Part shown: positions 26,957 through 39,888 of the stretch, one piece after another | How the letters are laid out: every line of letters begins with the position of its first letter | How positions within the stretch are numbered: position 1 is the stretch's first letter | From: Heterodontus francisci | Taxonomy: Eukaryota | Length of the DNA stretch: 64,000 nt | Assembly: GCF_036365525.1 (NCBI RefSeq) | Contig: NC_090416.1 | Location: 14,728,945 to 14,792,944, forward strand | Direction of reading: 5' to 3' | Notes under the pieces: generated by a model | The model's input: the letters and a program-made list of their open reading frames with translations, nothing else | The model's database searches: none | What the model was told of the DNA's origin: nothing | Program-made: the position numbers and the translations under genes

Positions 26957-27900
26957 TACAGAATCACAGAATGTTTAAGGCACAGAAAGAGGTCACTCGG
27001 CCCATCGTGTCTGTGCTGGCCGAAAAATGATCCACCTATTCTAATCCCAACTTCCAGCATTTGGTCTGTAGCCCTGCAGATTACGGCACTTGAGGGGCAT
27101 ATCCAGACCCTTTCAGGCAGTAAGTTCCAGACTCCCACCACCCTCTGGGTGAAAATGTTTTCCTCATCTCCCCCCTAATCTTTCTAACAATCACTTTAAA
27201 CCTATGCCCCCTCGTCACTGACCTCTCTGCTAATGTAAATAGACCCTTCACCTCCACTCTATCCCGGCCCCTCAAAATTTTGTACATTTCAAATCAAATC
27301 TCCCCTCAGCCTTCTCTGTTCCAAGGAGAACAACCCCAGCCTATCCAATCTTTCCTCATAGCTGCATTTTTCCAGTCCTGGCAACATCCTCGTAAATCCC
27401 CCTTCCCTCACGAGCGCAATTACATCCTTTCTGTAATGAGGTGACCAGAACTGCACACAGTACTCACGTTGTGGCCTAACCAATGAGTTATACAGTTCCA
27501 GCATAACCTCCCTGCTCTTATATTTGACACTTCGGCTAATAAAGGAAAGGATTCCATCTGCCTCCTTAACCACCTTATCGACCTGTCCTGCTACCTTCAG
27601 GGATCTGTGGACATTCACTCCAATGTCCCTCACTTCCTCTACACTTCTCAGTATTTTCCCATTAATCGTGTATTCCTTTGCCTTGTTTGACCTCCCCAAA
27701 TGCATCACCTCACACTTCTCCGGGTTGAATTCCATTTGCCACTTTTCTGCCCATTTGACCAGACCATCAAGATCTTCCTGCAGCCTACAGCTATCCTCCT
27801 CACTGTCTACCACACAGCCAATCTTTGGTGTCGTCTGCAAACTTCTTGATCATGCCCCCTACGTTTATGTCCAAATTGTTAATGTATACCACAAAAAAAA
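26957..27900 (-). mobile_element. CR1 LINE 3' fragment
   Basis: ORFs 27289-27840 (KWQMEFNPEKCEVMHLG...LRGDLI) and 27081-27287; 3' tail acagaatc. Confidence 0.9.
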
Positions 27901-28388
27901 AAAGAGCCCTGCGGGACGCCGTTGGAAAGAACCGTCCAGTTGTGAAAACAGCCGTCAACAATTCCCCTTGTCCCTGAAGGATACGGGAACGCCAACCCAG
28001 GTGACTGAGTGGAACACCAGTTGCAGGGGAAAGTCCATAAAGTGTAACTAAATATTCCAACAGACACAAACTGATCTACATACATTCTCTGAGGTGTGAA
28101 AGTACAAACGATTAAGTGACAGGGGGACACGACAGATGGGGATGAGGGAGAGTAGGGAACATGCTGGGGTTAAGTGGCTTTAACTCATGGCCCACGGGAA
28201 TAGTCGGAAATGTGACTTGGCTGAGGTGTCTCCTGGGCCCCAGGGCCTTTATATCCTGTGTAGGAATGTGAACGTGAACACGTATTTCCGAGAATAAAGT
28301 TTCCGACAAACACACCGCTGACACCAAAAGAACGTTCGATAAACTCAAGTCTGGCCTGCCCCAGCATCACCACGGTAACCGGGCCTAC

Positions 28389-28515
28389 CTGGAGTAACAG
28401 GAGAGAGTTGTGCAAACCACAGTGTTGAGGAAAGCCACGTGGATGAAGTAACAATGTAGAATGCTGTTAATCCAGCAGTCAGGCATAACGTAGGCCCTGT
28501 ATGTGACTGCACATC
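28389..28515 (-). CDS. PAQR6: PAQR6 coding exon 4
   Basis: ttgcag|(G)CAVTYRAYVMPDCWINSILHCYFIHVAFLNTVVCTTLSCYSR|gtagg; 127 nt. Confidence 0.93.
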
Positions 28516-29427
28516 CTGCAACAGAGAAAGGATGTTGGGATATAGCAAAAATCATTGGGGATGCAAAAATCCCCCACAATTTTGAAATGAAATGCTTAAT
28601 GTGTTAAACGCGATCCCGAAGCACAGGCTGTTGGAGCCCCATCCTTCCTGCTCTGTGTATTGGCCTCAGTACCACGATTAAATTAATTTTATTCCCCTGG
28701 TTTCAGACAGTGCAGAAGTAACATCTATGCCTTGTGGATGTGTCTGATTCTCTGTGAGGGAGTTGAAATACAAGTGGCTTTCTTTCCCAATTGTTCCTTT
28801 GGCTTAACTGCAATTTAACAAGCCCTATCTGCCTAAAAAGCATTCCTGTCAGGGTGATGTCGTGGAAAACAAGGAGAGCTTGTATGCTGCGAAATTAATT
28901 CGGCACTGTGCTCAATAACAGGCCTGTGAATCAGGCCTTTATCCTCGCAGACAATGCTTCTGTCTTGCTCTCTCACTCCCAGCCAGGCTTGTTTGACTAA
29001 CAGGAACATCTGGGAGGGGCGTTCATCCCCCCCCAACCACTGTTTATAACACCACAAACTGCCTGGTCTCAATGTCCCGGAGATCGTACTGGTCCCGCTC
29101 GATTACCAACACGAGGTGTGACGAGAGTCAGATAGAGAGAGAGAGAGAGAGAGAACGCTGGGGACTGTCAGGGAACAGCCTACTCCTTGTTGTAAGCTTG
29201 TCGGACAACGTCTCGGTTTTTAAAATTCTCATCCTCGTGCCCAAATCCCTCCCTCAGTCCCTCCCCCCTCCCGGTAACCTCCTCTAGCCTTGCAACCCTC
29301 CAAGATGTCTGTGCTCTGCCAATTCCAGCCTCTTGCGCACCCCCCCCCACCGCGATTCCCATCGCTCCACCATTGGGGGCCGTGCCTTCAGCTGCCCTGA
29401 GCTCTGAGCCCTGGGATTCTCACGTAC

Positions 29428-29633
29428 CCAAGCTGTAGAGGCTGAGAACCCCATAGTCGAAGAAGTAACAGACGTGCCGGACATGGGCGGACATGGTACT
29501 AAAGGTGTGGGCGCAGCTGGAGATGAGAGGGTAGAGGCAGATGAACAGCATGTAGACAAATAGCGGCCATGAATATGCTTCATTGTAAAAGTCCACAGTG
29601 TGCGAGAAGACGAGGAACTTCCACAGAAAGTAC
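29428..29633 (-). CDS. PAQR6: PAQR6 coding exon 3
   Basis: ctgcag|(W)YFLWKFLVFSHTVDFYNEAYSWPLFVYMLFICLYPLISSCAHTFSTMSAHVRHVCYFFDYGVLSLYSLG|gtacg; SxxxH and DY motifs; 206 nt. Confidence 0.95.
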
Positions 29634-30147
29634 CTGCAGGAAAGAAGAAAAAAGGTTGAGAGCCGGGGGAGTAGATAAGTGAGACGACCGCCAACCATCG
29701 AGCTCCTCGGAGTAGGCGGGCGTGGCACTTAACAACCATCCCGAGACATGCGAATATTGGCACTCGCTCCGCTCTGGTCCGGTCTGCCAGGTGGGGTCCA
29801 ATCTCGGGTCACGTTCCACGGAACTCACAGCAAGCGCCCGCCGGACCAATCCTGGGTGGGGTGTCGGGTTGCCCATTTCAACGGGGTGGCGTTCGGGCAT
29901 TGGAACCGGCCTCAGCGCCCAGCGCCAGTTGGAATCATGCCACCGGGTTATTTCCTCGACTGCTGCCCGCGGGCCCCTACCGGAAACCCCACCCCCCTCC
30001 CCCGCTCACGTGCGGCATAAACACCAGCACGGAGCAGATGGGCCGAATGGCTTCTCTCTGTGTGCCGGAGATACTGCGCAAGAGGGAACTTACATCTGTA
30101 ACATGGTGAGCCAGCGGACTGCAGCCCCACTTAGACCAAATACATAC

Positions 30148-30275
30148 CATGCAGGGAGGAAGTGGGTCCAAATGTTAAGAGTCTCATTGGTCATTTGAAA
30201 GGTGCTGAGAAGACAGTCGACAGCGGAGCTTCTGGGCGGACGGTAGCCGGAGATGATGCTATCTTCACGGAAGAT
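30148..30275 (-). CDS. PAQR6: PAQR6 coding exon 2
   Basis: tctag|IFREDSIISGYRPPRSSAVDCLLSTFQMTNETLNIWTHFLPAW|gtatg; GYR and NETxNIWTH motifs; 128 nt. Confidence 0.95.
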
Positions 30276-31635
30276 CTAGACCACCCAGAAACACAAAGCA
30301 AAAGAAAGAACTTGCATCTCTATGGCGCCTTGCCCCACTGCAGGTCACCCCCAACGCGCGTTACAGCCAATGAAGCAAGGTCACTGTTGTCATGCAGGAA
30401 ACACAGCAGCCAATTTGCGCACAGCAAGATCCCACAAACAGCAATGTGATAATGACCAAGATTATCTGTTTTTTCAGCGATGTTGGTTGAGGGATAAATA
30501 TTGGCCCCAGGACGCCGGGGAGAACTCCACCCCCCCTTCTCCCCCACTATTCTTCTGCCAATAGTGTGGGATCTTTTACATCCACCTGCGAAGGGCAGAC
30601 GGGGCCTTCGGTTTAACGTCTCATCCCGAAAGACGGCACCTCTGACAGTGCAGCACTCCCTCAGTGGTCTGGATTATGGGCTTGAGTCTCTGGGTGGGGA
30701 GTCAAACCCACCACCTTCTGACCCAGAGGCGAGGGAGCGACCCCACTGAGCCATGGCCAACACCAAGAGAGAGAGAGATGAGGTGAGTTGAGGGAGGATC
30801 CCGCAAATCTCAAGAGTACATTCCAAGTTCCTCCATTTGGAGTCAATCCTGCGCTTGCACGTAAAGGTGCCGTAGGAAAGGGGGGAGATGTTGGGGGTGA
30901 CTGAGGAGTGGACCAGGGTGTGGCAGTGGGAATGATCCCTTCAGAATGCTGACGGGAGGGTGGGGAGAATCCTCAGTTGAGGAAAGAGGACGGCATATCG
31001 GAATGCTAATGTGGAATGTTGCACCGTCCTAACTGATGTGACAGAGATGGAGAAACTGGGAGAATGGAATAGAGTCCTTCCAAGAAGTGGGATTGAGAAG
31101 TGTAGTCAAGGTAGCTGTGGGAGTCAGTGGACTTGTAATGTTAATTTTTAACCTGATATCAGGAAGGGTTCAGATGAATAATATTTGAGAGTTTTTTTTT
31201 TAAAATGAAGGACTTTTACTTTCCTACAGTCTATGGTGATTTGTGTTATAATATAAAATATATACACGCGCACACACACAGGACTGGTGCTAGAATTGGG
31301 AAGAAGACAGGTATTTTAGAAACCTCCCATACAGTGTCACCAAGTGGCCAGAGTCTGAAACTACACCGTGACCATTTACATAGCAAAATTGATTGGGAAA
31401 TGTTGACATAGCAATGTAGCCTTGGACATGATGTCATACAAGTATGACCAAAATCTGTGACAACAGGAAGTAAAGATGCTGGAGAGGAAGTGGCTGTCCT
31501 GTGCAGGATTCCGGTTGATTATTGCAGAAGTATAACAGACATCGTGGTGACAACAGGGGTGACTCGCCTACTAGCACGGGTTGAACTCCCCGTGCTCTGA
31601 GAATGCGGTCAAGACATCAGTTACGTTGGACTTAC

Positions 31636-31686
31636 TCTGGGGACTTGGTGATTGTTTAAGAGCTGGGGCAGTTTGACTGATAACAT
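31636..31686 (-). CDS. PAQR6: PAQR6 coding exon 1
   Basis: ATG...MLSVKLPQLLNNHQVPR|gtaag; 51 nt. The seven exons sum to 1026 nt (341 aa plus stop) with consistent phases. LPQLL, QVPR, YPFLFDN, FLFASHLPE and QLEA...RRAWL favour PAQR6 over PAQR5, from recalled human sequences. Confidence 0.92.
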
Positions 31687-32449
31687 CTCGGAGTCCTCTT
31701 CGCGGACAAAATAATGCACTGCCCTGGTTTTCTGCAGGTGTCCGGGATTGGAGGATCAATGTAGTGCAGGCTGGATCCCTCCTCACCTTCTTTTCCTCAA
31801 TTCCATTGTGGGTCCAGTACCTCTCTGCAGGAAACACATTAAAGGCTGGCTTAGAACATGAGGAAATTCCATTAATGACACAACAACAACTTGCATTTAT
31901 ATAGCCACTTTAATGTAGTGCAACATCCCAAGGCTCTTCACAGGAACGTTATCAAGCAACATTTGACCCTGGGCTACACAAGGAGATATTAGGGGCAGGC
32001 GACCAAAATCTTGGTCAAAGAGGTCGGTTTTAAGGAGCGTCTTAAAGGAGGAGAGAGAGAGGCTGAGAGGTTTAGGGAGGGAATTCCAGAGCTCCCAGGC
32101 AGCTGAAGGCACGGCCGCCAATGGTGGAGCGATGGGAATGTCCATGAGTCTCCTCCCACTCTAATGACTTCTTCCCAGCTTGCCTGCTCTTCCTTCCCCC
32201 TCTGGAATGCATCAAGCCTCCCCTTAAATACTCCCTGCGGTAGCACAACCTACAGTCCTGCTAAATTCTTTCCTTGATCTGTTAGGGACTGTCTTACCTT
32301 TACACCCCCTTGTTCCAGACTCACCCACACGTGCACACAATTGCTCCAGGACCCCCGATCGAGCTCCTTCAGAATTCAAAAGAGCTTTATCGAGTCTCCT
32401 CTCACTCTGCTCCCTTTCCTGGGGAAAGGTTTCCCAGTCTGCTCAATCT

Positions 32450-32752
32450 TTTATTTATTTAGAGATACAGCACTGAAACAGGCCCTTCGGCCCACCGAGT
32501 CTGTGCCGACCATCAACCACCCCTTTATACTAATCCTATTTTCCTACCACATCCCCACCTTCCCTATATTCCCCTACCTATACTAGGGGCAATTTATAAT
32601 GGTCAATTTACCTAACAACCTGCAAGTCTTTGGCTGTGGGAGGAAACCGGAGCACCCGGAGGAAACCCACGCGGTCACAGGGAGAACTTGCAAACTCCGC
32701 ACAGGCAGACCCGGAATCGAACCCGGGTCGCTGGAGCTGTGAGGCTGCGCCA
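32450..32752 (-). mobile_element. HE1-like V-SINE (5'-truncated)
   Basis: Same family sequence as 9950-10304. Confidence 0.82.
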
Positions 32753-33625
32753 CCCTTTCCTGTACCATCTCCATCTTTCCCGTACCTTCTCCATCTTTCC
32801 TGTAACTTCTCCATTGCTTCAATATCCTTTTGATAATGTTGGAGAGCAGAACGGCAGACAATACTCGGAGTGCGGTCTAACCAAGGAGCTGCGTCAGTTT
32901 AACATTACCCTCCTTGCTTTGTAAATGAACCTCAGTATTTTGCTTGTACTCTATCAGTGATTTTTAACGGTTGATGTGCCTGCGTTCCCTGACTCCTTTG
33001 CTTCGTCGCCCCCAGTTAAGTCTGAAACTGCTAAAGGGTAAACAGCCTTTTAATTCCTCCTGCCAAAATGAACCCAGTCACACTTGGCGACGCTGAATTT
33101 CTCTTGCTCCCCCGTACCCAGCAACTTTGCAGGCCTGCCTATCTCTCGCTGTGCCCCATCCAGTCTGGCATCCCTCCAATTTCAGAGGCCTAACAGCAGT
33201 GGTCCCTATGGGAGCATCACTTCCCACCAGTGTTCTGTTTACATCGCCATCTTCCCGTCCATTCTGCTAGCTGGACCCCTGACCTCACCTTCCCCTCCCC
33301 TCCCCTCCCACACACTCCATGTCATAGCACTTCCATCTGCTCCCCCTACACACAATGTTCAGAAGTTGTAGCAAGATTTCCAATACTAAGACTCTGTTTT
33401 TCGACCAAAAAAACCCTGAACTTGTTTGCTCCGAAAACAGAACACACACTGTGCAAAAGTTCCCGTACAATGTGTCTTGCCAAGGAAGATAAAAGTTTGA
33501 AAGATAGTTACAACTTGCTTGTTGCTGGTCTTTTTTGCTCGGGGGGAGAATCAAAGTGACTTTTTATCCCCACAGGGTTTGAAAGAGATTCGCTGGGAAG
33601 CTCCCCAACCTGTTGTGCAGTGTTT

Positions 33626-33780
33626 ACTCCGGACGGCTTTGCCCCTGAGTGTTGAGCCTGTTCATGATGCTTGCCTGCCTTCACCGCAGTCTCTCCCTCT
33701 TTGCCTGCCTCCCTTTTGCTTTCTCCTGGATTTGTAGCTGGAGGCAGTCTCCGCCCCATTGCAGCGGCCTGATTGGCGGA
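33626..33780 (-). promoter_or_regulatory. Candidate PAQR6 promoter and non-coding first exon
   Basis: On the minus strand, CCAAT (plus attgg 33772-33776) is followed by a GC box GGGGCGGAG (33749-33757), purine-rich unique sequence and a possible donor GGA|gtaaac near 33626. It lies about 2 kb upstream of the ATG. Motif evidence only. Confidence 0.35.
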
Positions 33781-33837
33781 AGGGTAAAGAAAGGGGCCCC
33801 TTGTTTTCCGAGAATCAGCCGAAGAAGAAGGCTGCCA

Positions 33838-34095
33838 TTTAAAGGGACAGCGCACACATTCTGCAGCACTGCCCCTGCCGTTTAAAGGGACAGCGCACAC
33901 GTTCTGCAGGGCTGCCCCTGCCGTTTAAAGGGACAGCGCACACGTTCTGCAGCGCTGCCCCTGCCGTTTAAAGGGACAGCGCCCACATTCTGCAGCACTG
34001 CCCCTGCTGTTTAAAGGGACAGCGCCCACATTCTGCAGCACTGCCCCTGCTGTTTAAAGGGACAGCGCCCACATCCTGCAGCACTGCCCCTGCCG
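33838..34095. repeat. 43-bp minisatellite, 6 units (tttaaagggacagcgcacacattctgcagcactgcccctgccg)
   Basis: Units start at 33838, 33881, 33924, 33967, 34010 and 34053. Confidence 0.95.
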
Positions 34096-35519
34096 TTTCA
34101 AGAGCACAACACCTCTACTCGACAAGGCTGTGTCAACAATTTAAATGGAGCATATTCCCTCTCGACAGAACCTGACAAGTGCCATTTGTTTGTTCCTTTG
34201 TTCACTTTTGATTTTGCTTTGCTTCCTTAAAGTCCCTCATATCAACATCCATGAAGGGGTTTTGACAGAGTAAGTAAGGAGAAACTGTTTTCAGTGGCAG
34301 GAAGGTCGGTAACCAGGGGGACACAGGTTTAAGATAATTGGCCAAAAAAAAGAGGGGGAGATGAGGAGAATTTTCTTTAAACGCAACGAGTTGTTGTGAT
34401 CTGGAACGTGCTGCCTGAAAGGGCGATGGAAGCAGATTCAATAGTAACTTTCAAAAGGGGAATTGGATAAATACTTGAAAGGGAAAAATTTGCAGGGATC
34501 TGGGGGAAAGAATGGGGGGGGGGGAGTGGGCGAGCGGGACTATTTGCTAGCTCTTTCAAAGGGCAGGGAGGAGGACGATGGGCCAAATGGCCTCCTTCTG
34601 TGTGGTACCACTCTGTGATTCTATGATCACACGCGCCTCTGGGATATGAAGGTGGCAGCTGATCTACTCTGGGGATCTTCACACGCTGTTGAGTGCAGCC
34701 TGGATAGGAAGGGAGGAGACATCACTGCATCACTTGGTTGAATAGTCGTGCCTGATAATGAATCCCATAGCAGCAGAAATGGGGGAGCAATAAATGTCCC
34801 CACAATATCTTAGCTCTGTGACCTTGTTGGTTCCCTGTTGACGGATTCTTTTTGTACTGGGTGGGGGGGGGGGGGGGGAGGGGTGGAAGCCAAGTTGACT
34901 CAGTTCTACTAAATCACAGGTGTAACAACACCAAAAGCCTCCTCCATTTATTTGGCCCAGTGTGAACGTGTTTTAAAGCAACCCAGACTGCTCAGGATTC
35001 AGCAGCAATCAATGTCGGTTCAACAGCCTCCAAAGGACAGTAGGGGGCAGAGTCTCTGCACTTAAACTGAGCTCAAGGGATTTGCATTTCGACACTGGGG
35101 GGCAGTAGTGTTAAAATTAGACAAAATGTACACACAACAGGCCGTTCAGCCCATCTGCTCCGTGCTGGTGTTTATTCTCCACATGAGCCTCCTCCCACCC
35201 CTTCTTCATCTCGCACTATCCCCATTCCCTTCTATTCCTTTCTCCCTCATGTGTTTATCCAGCTTCCCCTTAAATGTATCTCTGCTGTTGCCCCCTCAAC
35301 CACTCCCTGTGGTAGCGAGTTCCACATTCTCACCACTCTCTGGGTGAAGAGGTTTCTCCTGAATTCCCCATTGGATTTATTAGTGACTGTCTTATATTGA
35401 TGGCTCCTAGTTCTGGTCTCCCCCACCCCCCCCCCCCCCCCCCCCACGCAGAGTTCGTGCCCCCTACTCAACACAATGAGCTCAAAGGTTCACCCAAAAT
35501 AATAAAGTACATTGAAAAA

Positions 35520-38500
35520 GAGTCACAGAATCACAGAACTGTTACCGTGCAGGAGGAGGCCATTCAGCCCATCGTGTCCACACCAGCTCTCCGAATGATC
35601 AATTCATAAAGTGCCATTCCCCCACCTTCTCCCCACAACCCTGCACATTCTTCCTTCTCATATAACAGTCGAATTCCCTTTTGAACGCTTCAATTGAACC
35701 TGCCTCCACCACACTCTCAGGCAGCACATTCCAGACCTTAACCACTCGCTGTGTGAAAAAGTTTTTCCTCCTGTCGCTTTTGCTTCTCTTACCAAATACT
35801 TTAAATCTGTGCCCTCTCGTTCTCCATCCTTTCACGAGTGGGGAACAGTTTCTCTCTATCTACTCTGTCCAGAGCACTCATGATTTTGAATACCTCTATC
35901 AAATCTCCTCTCAGCCTTCTCTTCTCCGAGGAAAACAGTCCTAACGTCTCCAATCTATCTTCATAACTGTAATTCCTCATCCCTGGAACTATTCTCATGA
36001 ATCTTTTCTGTCCTCTCTAATGCCTTCATATCCTTCCAAAAGTGTGGTGCCCAGAACTGGGTGAAGAGAACTAGTGTCTTATACAAGTTCAACATAACCT
36101 CCTTGCTCTTGTATTAATGTCCCTATTAATAAAGCCCAGGATACTGTATGCTTTAGTAACCACACTCTCAACCTGTACTGCCACCTTCAATGACTTATGC
36201 ACATATACACCCAGGTCCCTCTGCTCCTGTACCCACTTTAGAATTGTACCCTTTATTTTATATTGTCTCTCCATGTTCTTCCTACCAAAATGTATCACTT
36301 CTGTTATGACCAAGGCTGGAGGAGTACACTGTTAATTCAATCCCACTTCTCCACAGCCATAGCATATCAATACATTTTTACACCAACTGAAAAGCAGCCA
36401 ATTACATACTCTATTTGTCCCCCCAGAAACCAACCAGGTTTCTTTAACCAACAACAAAATTAATTATTTATTAATAAACCAAGTCTTAAACAATAATGAG
36501 ATAAATCTATATACAAAAAGATTTTTTAAAACTCCTTTTTCTTCCTAGCCCTCATGCACACACATATATATCCAAAAGCCGGTTAACCAGGAAAAGAGGA
36601 TTTTTTTGGTTTACAGCTGTTTCTTAGGAATAAAAAGGAATAATAAAATAATTGGCATTGTCACATTCTGGTAGGATGTTGTTGGATCAGTGAGGTGTCC
36701 CAGAGTCAAATAGTGGGATGCCACTCGAAGTCTCTCCAGGCAAGGTTGATGAACAGACTGTGATGGGTAGGCGTGCAAGGCAATTCGTCTGCAGTAGGCT
36801 TCACATAGGTCTTTCAGCAGGGATGTGGCAACAGGTCTGCTTAGGTCTCACAACAGCACTATATCAGTAGAAGTTTTCTTCAGATTTCAGGGTCTCTCAA
36901 AACACAGGAGGCAACAGGAACCACTTTTAATGCAGGATTTTTCAGAGACAAGAGGTTATAGGAATCTGCTACCTCTAACATGCAGAGGTTTTTTTCTCTA
37001 AAGATGCTGTCTTCCTCTACAGTGACTGTGACCTGTCTCTCCAGGCAGGTCACAGCCAAATTTAAAAATGCCTGCTCTTCATCCAACTCACTGGTTTTTC
37101 AGTGTCCAAAGTGAAAGCAAAAAACCTTCCTGAGCTGATCACATGACCAGACAGAGAATCTCCCCTGTCATTCAAAATGTTGCTCTTCGGAGGTCAAGAC
37201 CCCTTGCTGTTTCCTTGAAATTGCCTGCTTTCCAGTTCTTTTGTACAGAGTCAACATCCAAAAAATTCAAATAAAAACAAGAAAAGCTGGAAATACTCAG
37301 CAGGCCTGGCAGCATCCGTGGAGAGAGAAGGTCAGTAACCCTTCGTCAGATCCAAAAATTTCAGCTGTTTGCAGGTCAATGTCCACTGAGCAAAAATCTT
37401 TTTCTAAGTTTTTAAAACACATAGAACTCTAAGTTCTTAGTACACAAAACTCCCCTTGTAACACTTCACATTTCTCCGCATTGAACCTCATCTGCCACCT
37501 GTACACCAATTTCATCAATTTGTCGATGTCCTTTTGAAGTTCTACACTATCTTCCTCACAGTTCACAATGTTTCCAAGTTTCGTATCATCTGCAAACTTT
37601 GAAATTGTGCCCCGTACACCAAGGTGTGGGTCATTAATATATATCAGGAAAAGCAAGGGCCCCAACACTGACCCCTGGGGAACTCCAGTAGAAACCTTTG
37701 TCCAGCCTGAAAAACATCCATTAACCACTACTCTTTGTTTCCTGTCACTCAACCAATTCTGTATCCGTGTTGCTACCGTTCCATTTATTCCATGAGCTAT
37801 AACTTTGCTCACAAGTCTGTTGTGCATCAGTGTATCAAATGCCTTTTGGCAGTCAGTGTACACCACATCAACTGCATTGCCCTCATCAACCCTCTCTGTT
37901 CCCTCTTCAAAAAAACTCCAGCAAGTTAGTTAAACATGATTTTCCCTTAAGAAATCCATGCTGGCTTTTTAAAAAATTAACCCGCATTTGTCCATGTGAC
38001 AATTAATTTTGTCCCAAATTATTCTTTCTACAATTTCCCCACCACTGAAGTTAAGCTGACTGGCCTGCAGTTGCTGGGCTTATCTTTACACTCTTTTTTG
38101 AATAAGGGTGCAACATTTGCAACTCTCCGGTCCTCTGACACCACTACGGAGTCTAAAGAAGACTGAAAAATTATGGCCAGGGCCTCCACAATTTCCACTC
38201 TCACTTCCCTCAGTATCCTTGGATGCATCTCATCCAGTCCTGACGCCTTAAGTACAGATAGCCTGTCCAACACCTCCTCCTTATTCATTTTAAACCCTTT
38301 TAATGTCTGACTTACCTCCTCTTTCACCATTGCCTGGGTTGCATCTTCTTCCTTGGTAAGGACAGATGCAAAGTGTTTACTGAATACCTCAGCAATGCCC
38401 TTTGCCTCCATATGCAAATTGGCCCCATCCTCCTTTTACCACCCTTTTACTATTTATATGTCTATAGAAAACTTTGGGATTCCCTTTAATGTTAGCTGCC

Positions 38501-39690
38501 TGTCTCTTTTCATGCTCTCTCTTTGCTTCTCTTATTTTTTTTTCACTTCCTCGCTGAACCTTCTATATTCAGCCTGGTTCTCAATAGTATTCTCTACCTG
38601 GCATCTGTCATAAGCACACTTTTGCTTCTTTATCTTAGTCTCTATCCCTCTTGTTATCCAGGGAGCTCTGGATTTGTTTGCCTTACCTTTCCCCTTTGAG
38701 GGAACATACTTGACTGTGCCCGAACTATCTCTTCTTTGAAGGCAGTCCATTGTTCAACTACTATTTTTCCTACCAACCTTTGACTCCAATTTACCCCTCT
38801 CAGATCTGTTCTTACTCCATTGAAGTTGGCTTTCCCCCAGTTAATTATTCTTACTCTGGATTGTCCTTTGTCCTTTTCCATAGTCAGCCCAAATCTTATG
38901 ATACAATGATCACTCTCCCCTAAATGATCTCCTACTGATACTTGATCCACTTGGCCCACCTCATTCCCAAGAACCAGGTCTAGCAGTGCCTCCTTTCTCA
39001 TTGGACTAGAAACATACTGCTGTAGAAAATTTCCTGAACACACTTTAGGAACTCTTGCCCCTCACACTACTACTATCCCAGTCTATATTTGGATAATAAA
39101 AGTCCCCCATTATAACTACCCTATAATTTTTGCACCTCTCTATAATTTCCTTCTAAATTTATTCCTCTACATCCTTCCCACTAGTTGCTGGCCTATAGAC
39201 AACACTAAGCAATGGTACCTTTTTGGTTCCTGAGCTCTAGCTGAATACATTCTATCCTTGATTCCTCTGGGACATCCTTTCTCTTCAGCAATGCAATGCT
39301 CTCCTTAATCAATACCGCCATCCCTCTCCCTTTTCCCTCTTTCCTATCGTTCCTGAACACCTTGCATCCAGGAATACTGAATACTCAGTCTTGTCCTTCT
39401 TTGAGCCAGGTCTCTGTTACAACCACAACATCATATTTCCACATGACAATCTGCACCTGTACCTCGCCAGTCTTATTAACAACACTCCACGCATTCACAT
39501 ACACGCACATTAACCCTGATTTAGATTTTCCTTACTCTGACCCCACCCAATAACTTACTATTCTCTACTCTAGTGCTATCTATCTCAGTATTCGGTGCAC
39601 CTTGGTACTCCTCTTTGATATTTCCTCCTGGTTTCCACACCCCTGCCAAGTTAGTTCAAACCCTCCCCAATAGCACCAGCAAATCGCCCC
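35520..39690 (-). mobile_element. Decayed CR1 LINE (ORF2 APE to RT) split by a solo LTR
   Basis: ORFs 35599-35998, 36089-36313, 37429-37866 (GVPQGSVLGP, KFADD), 38028-38417 and 38654-39043 (ESDHCII). The CR1 sequence rejoins cleanly across 36301/37468. Confidence 0.9.
36302..37463. mobile_element. Solo LTR (1162 bp) with 4-bp target-site duplication
   Basis: Termini TGTTA...TAACA; flanked by CTTC at 36298-36301 and 37464-37467; interrupts the CR1 motif tgtatcacttc|acatttctcc. Confidence 0.85.
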
Positions 39691-39847
39691 GCAAGGAAAT
39701 TTGTCCCAACCGTGCTTTCAGGAGTTTACACACGAGCCAATTTCAACAACAAGCAAAATACTGCAGGTGCTTCAAATCTGATAGCAAGGCAAATGCTCAG
39801 CAGGTCATGCAGCGTCTTATGGGAGGTTGGCCAGATTTTCAGCAGCT

Positions 39848-39888
39848 CTGATGAAAAGTCCATCGACCTGAAACGTTAACTCTGTTTC
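39848..39888 (+). ncRNA. Minimal hammerhead ribozyme-like motif in a short Penelope-derived element
   Basis: CTGATGA-aaagtccatcgacct-GAAAC-gttaactct-GTTTC: canonical core, short stem II, and stem III enclosing the palindrome GTTAAC. Confidence 0.55.

Noticed and set aside
27960-28010. Minus-strand peptide SPGLAFPYP resembling PAQR exon 5
   Set aside because: The true exon 5 with correct size, phase and splice sites is at 26716-26812; this match is coincidental.
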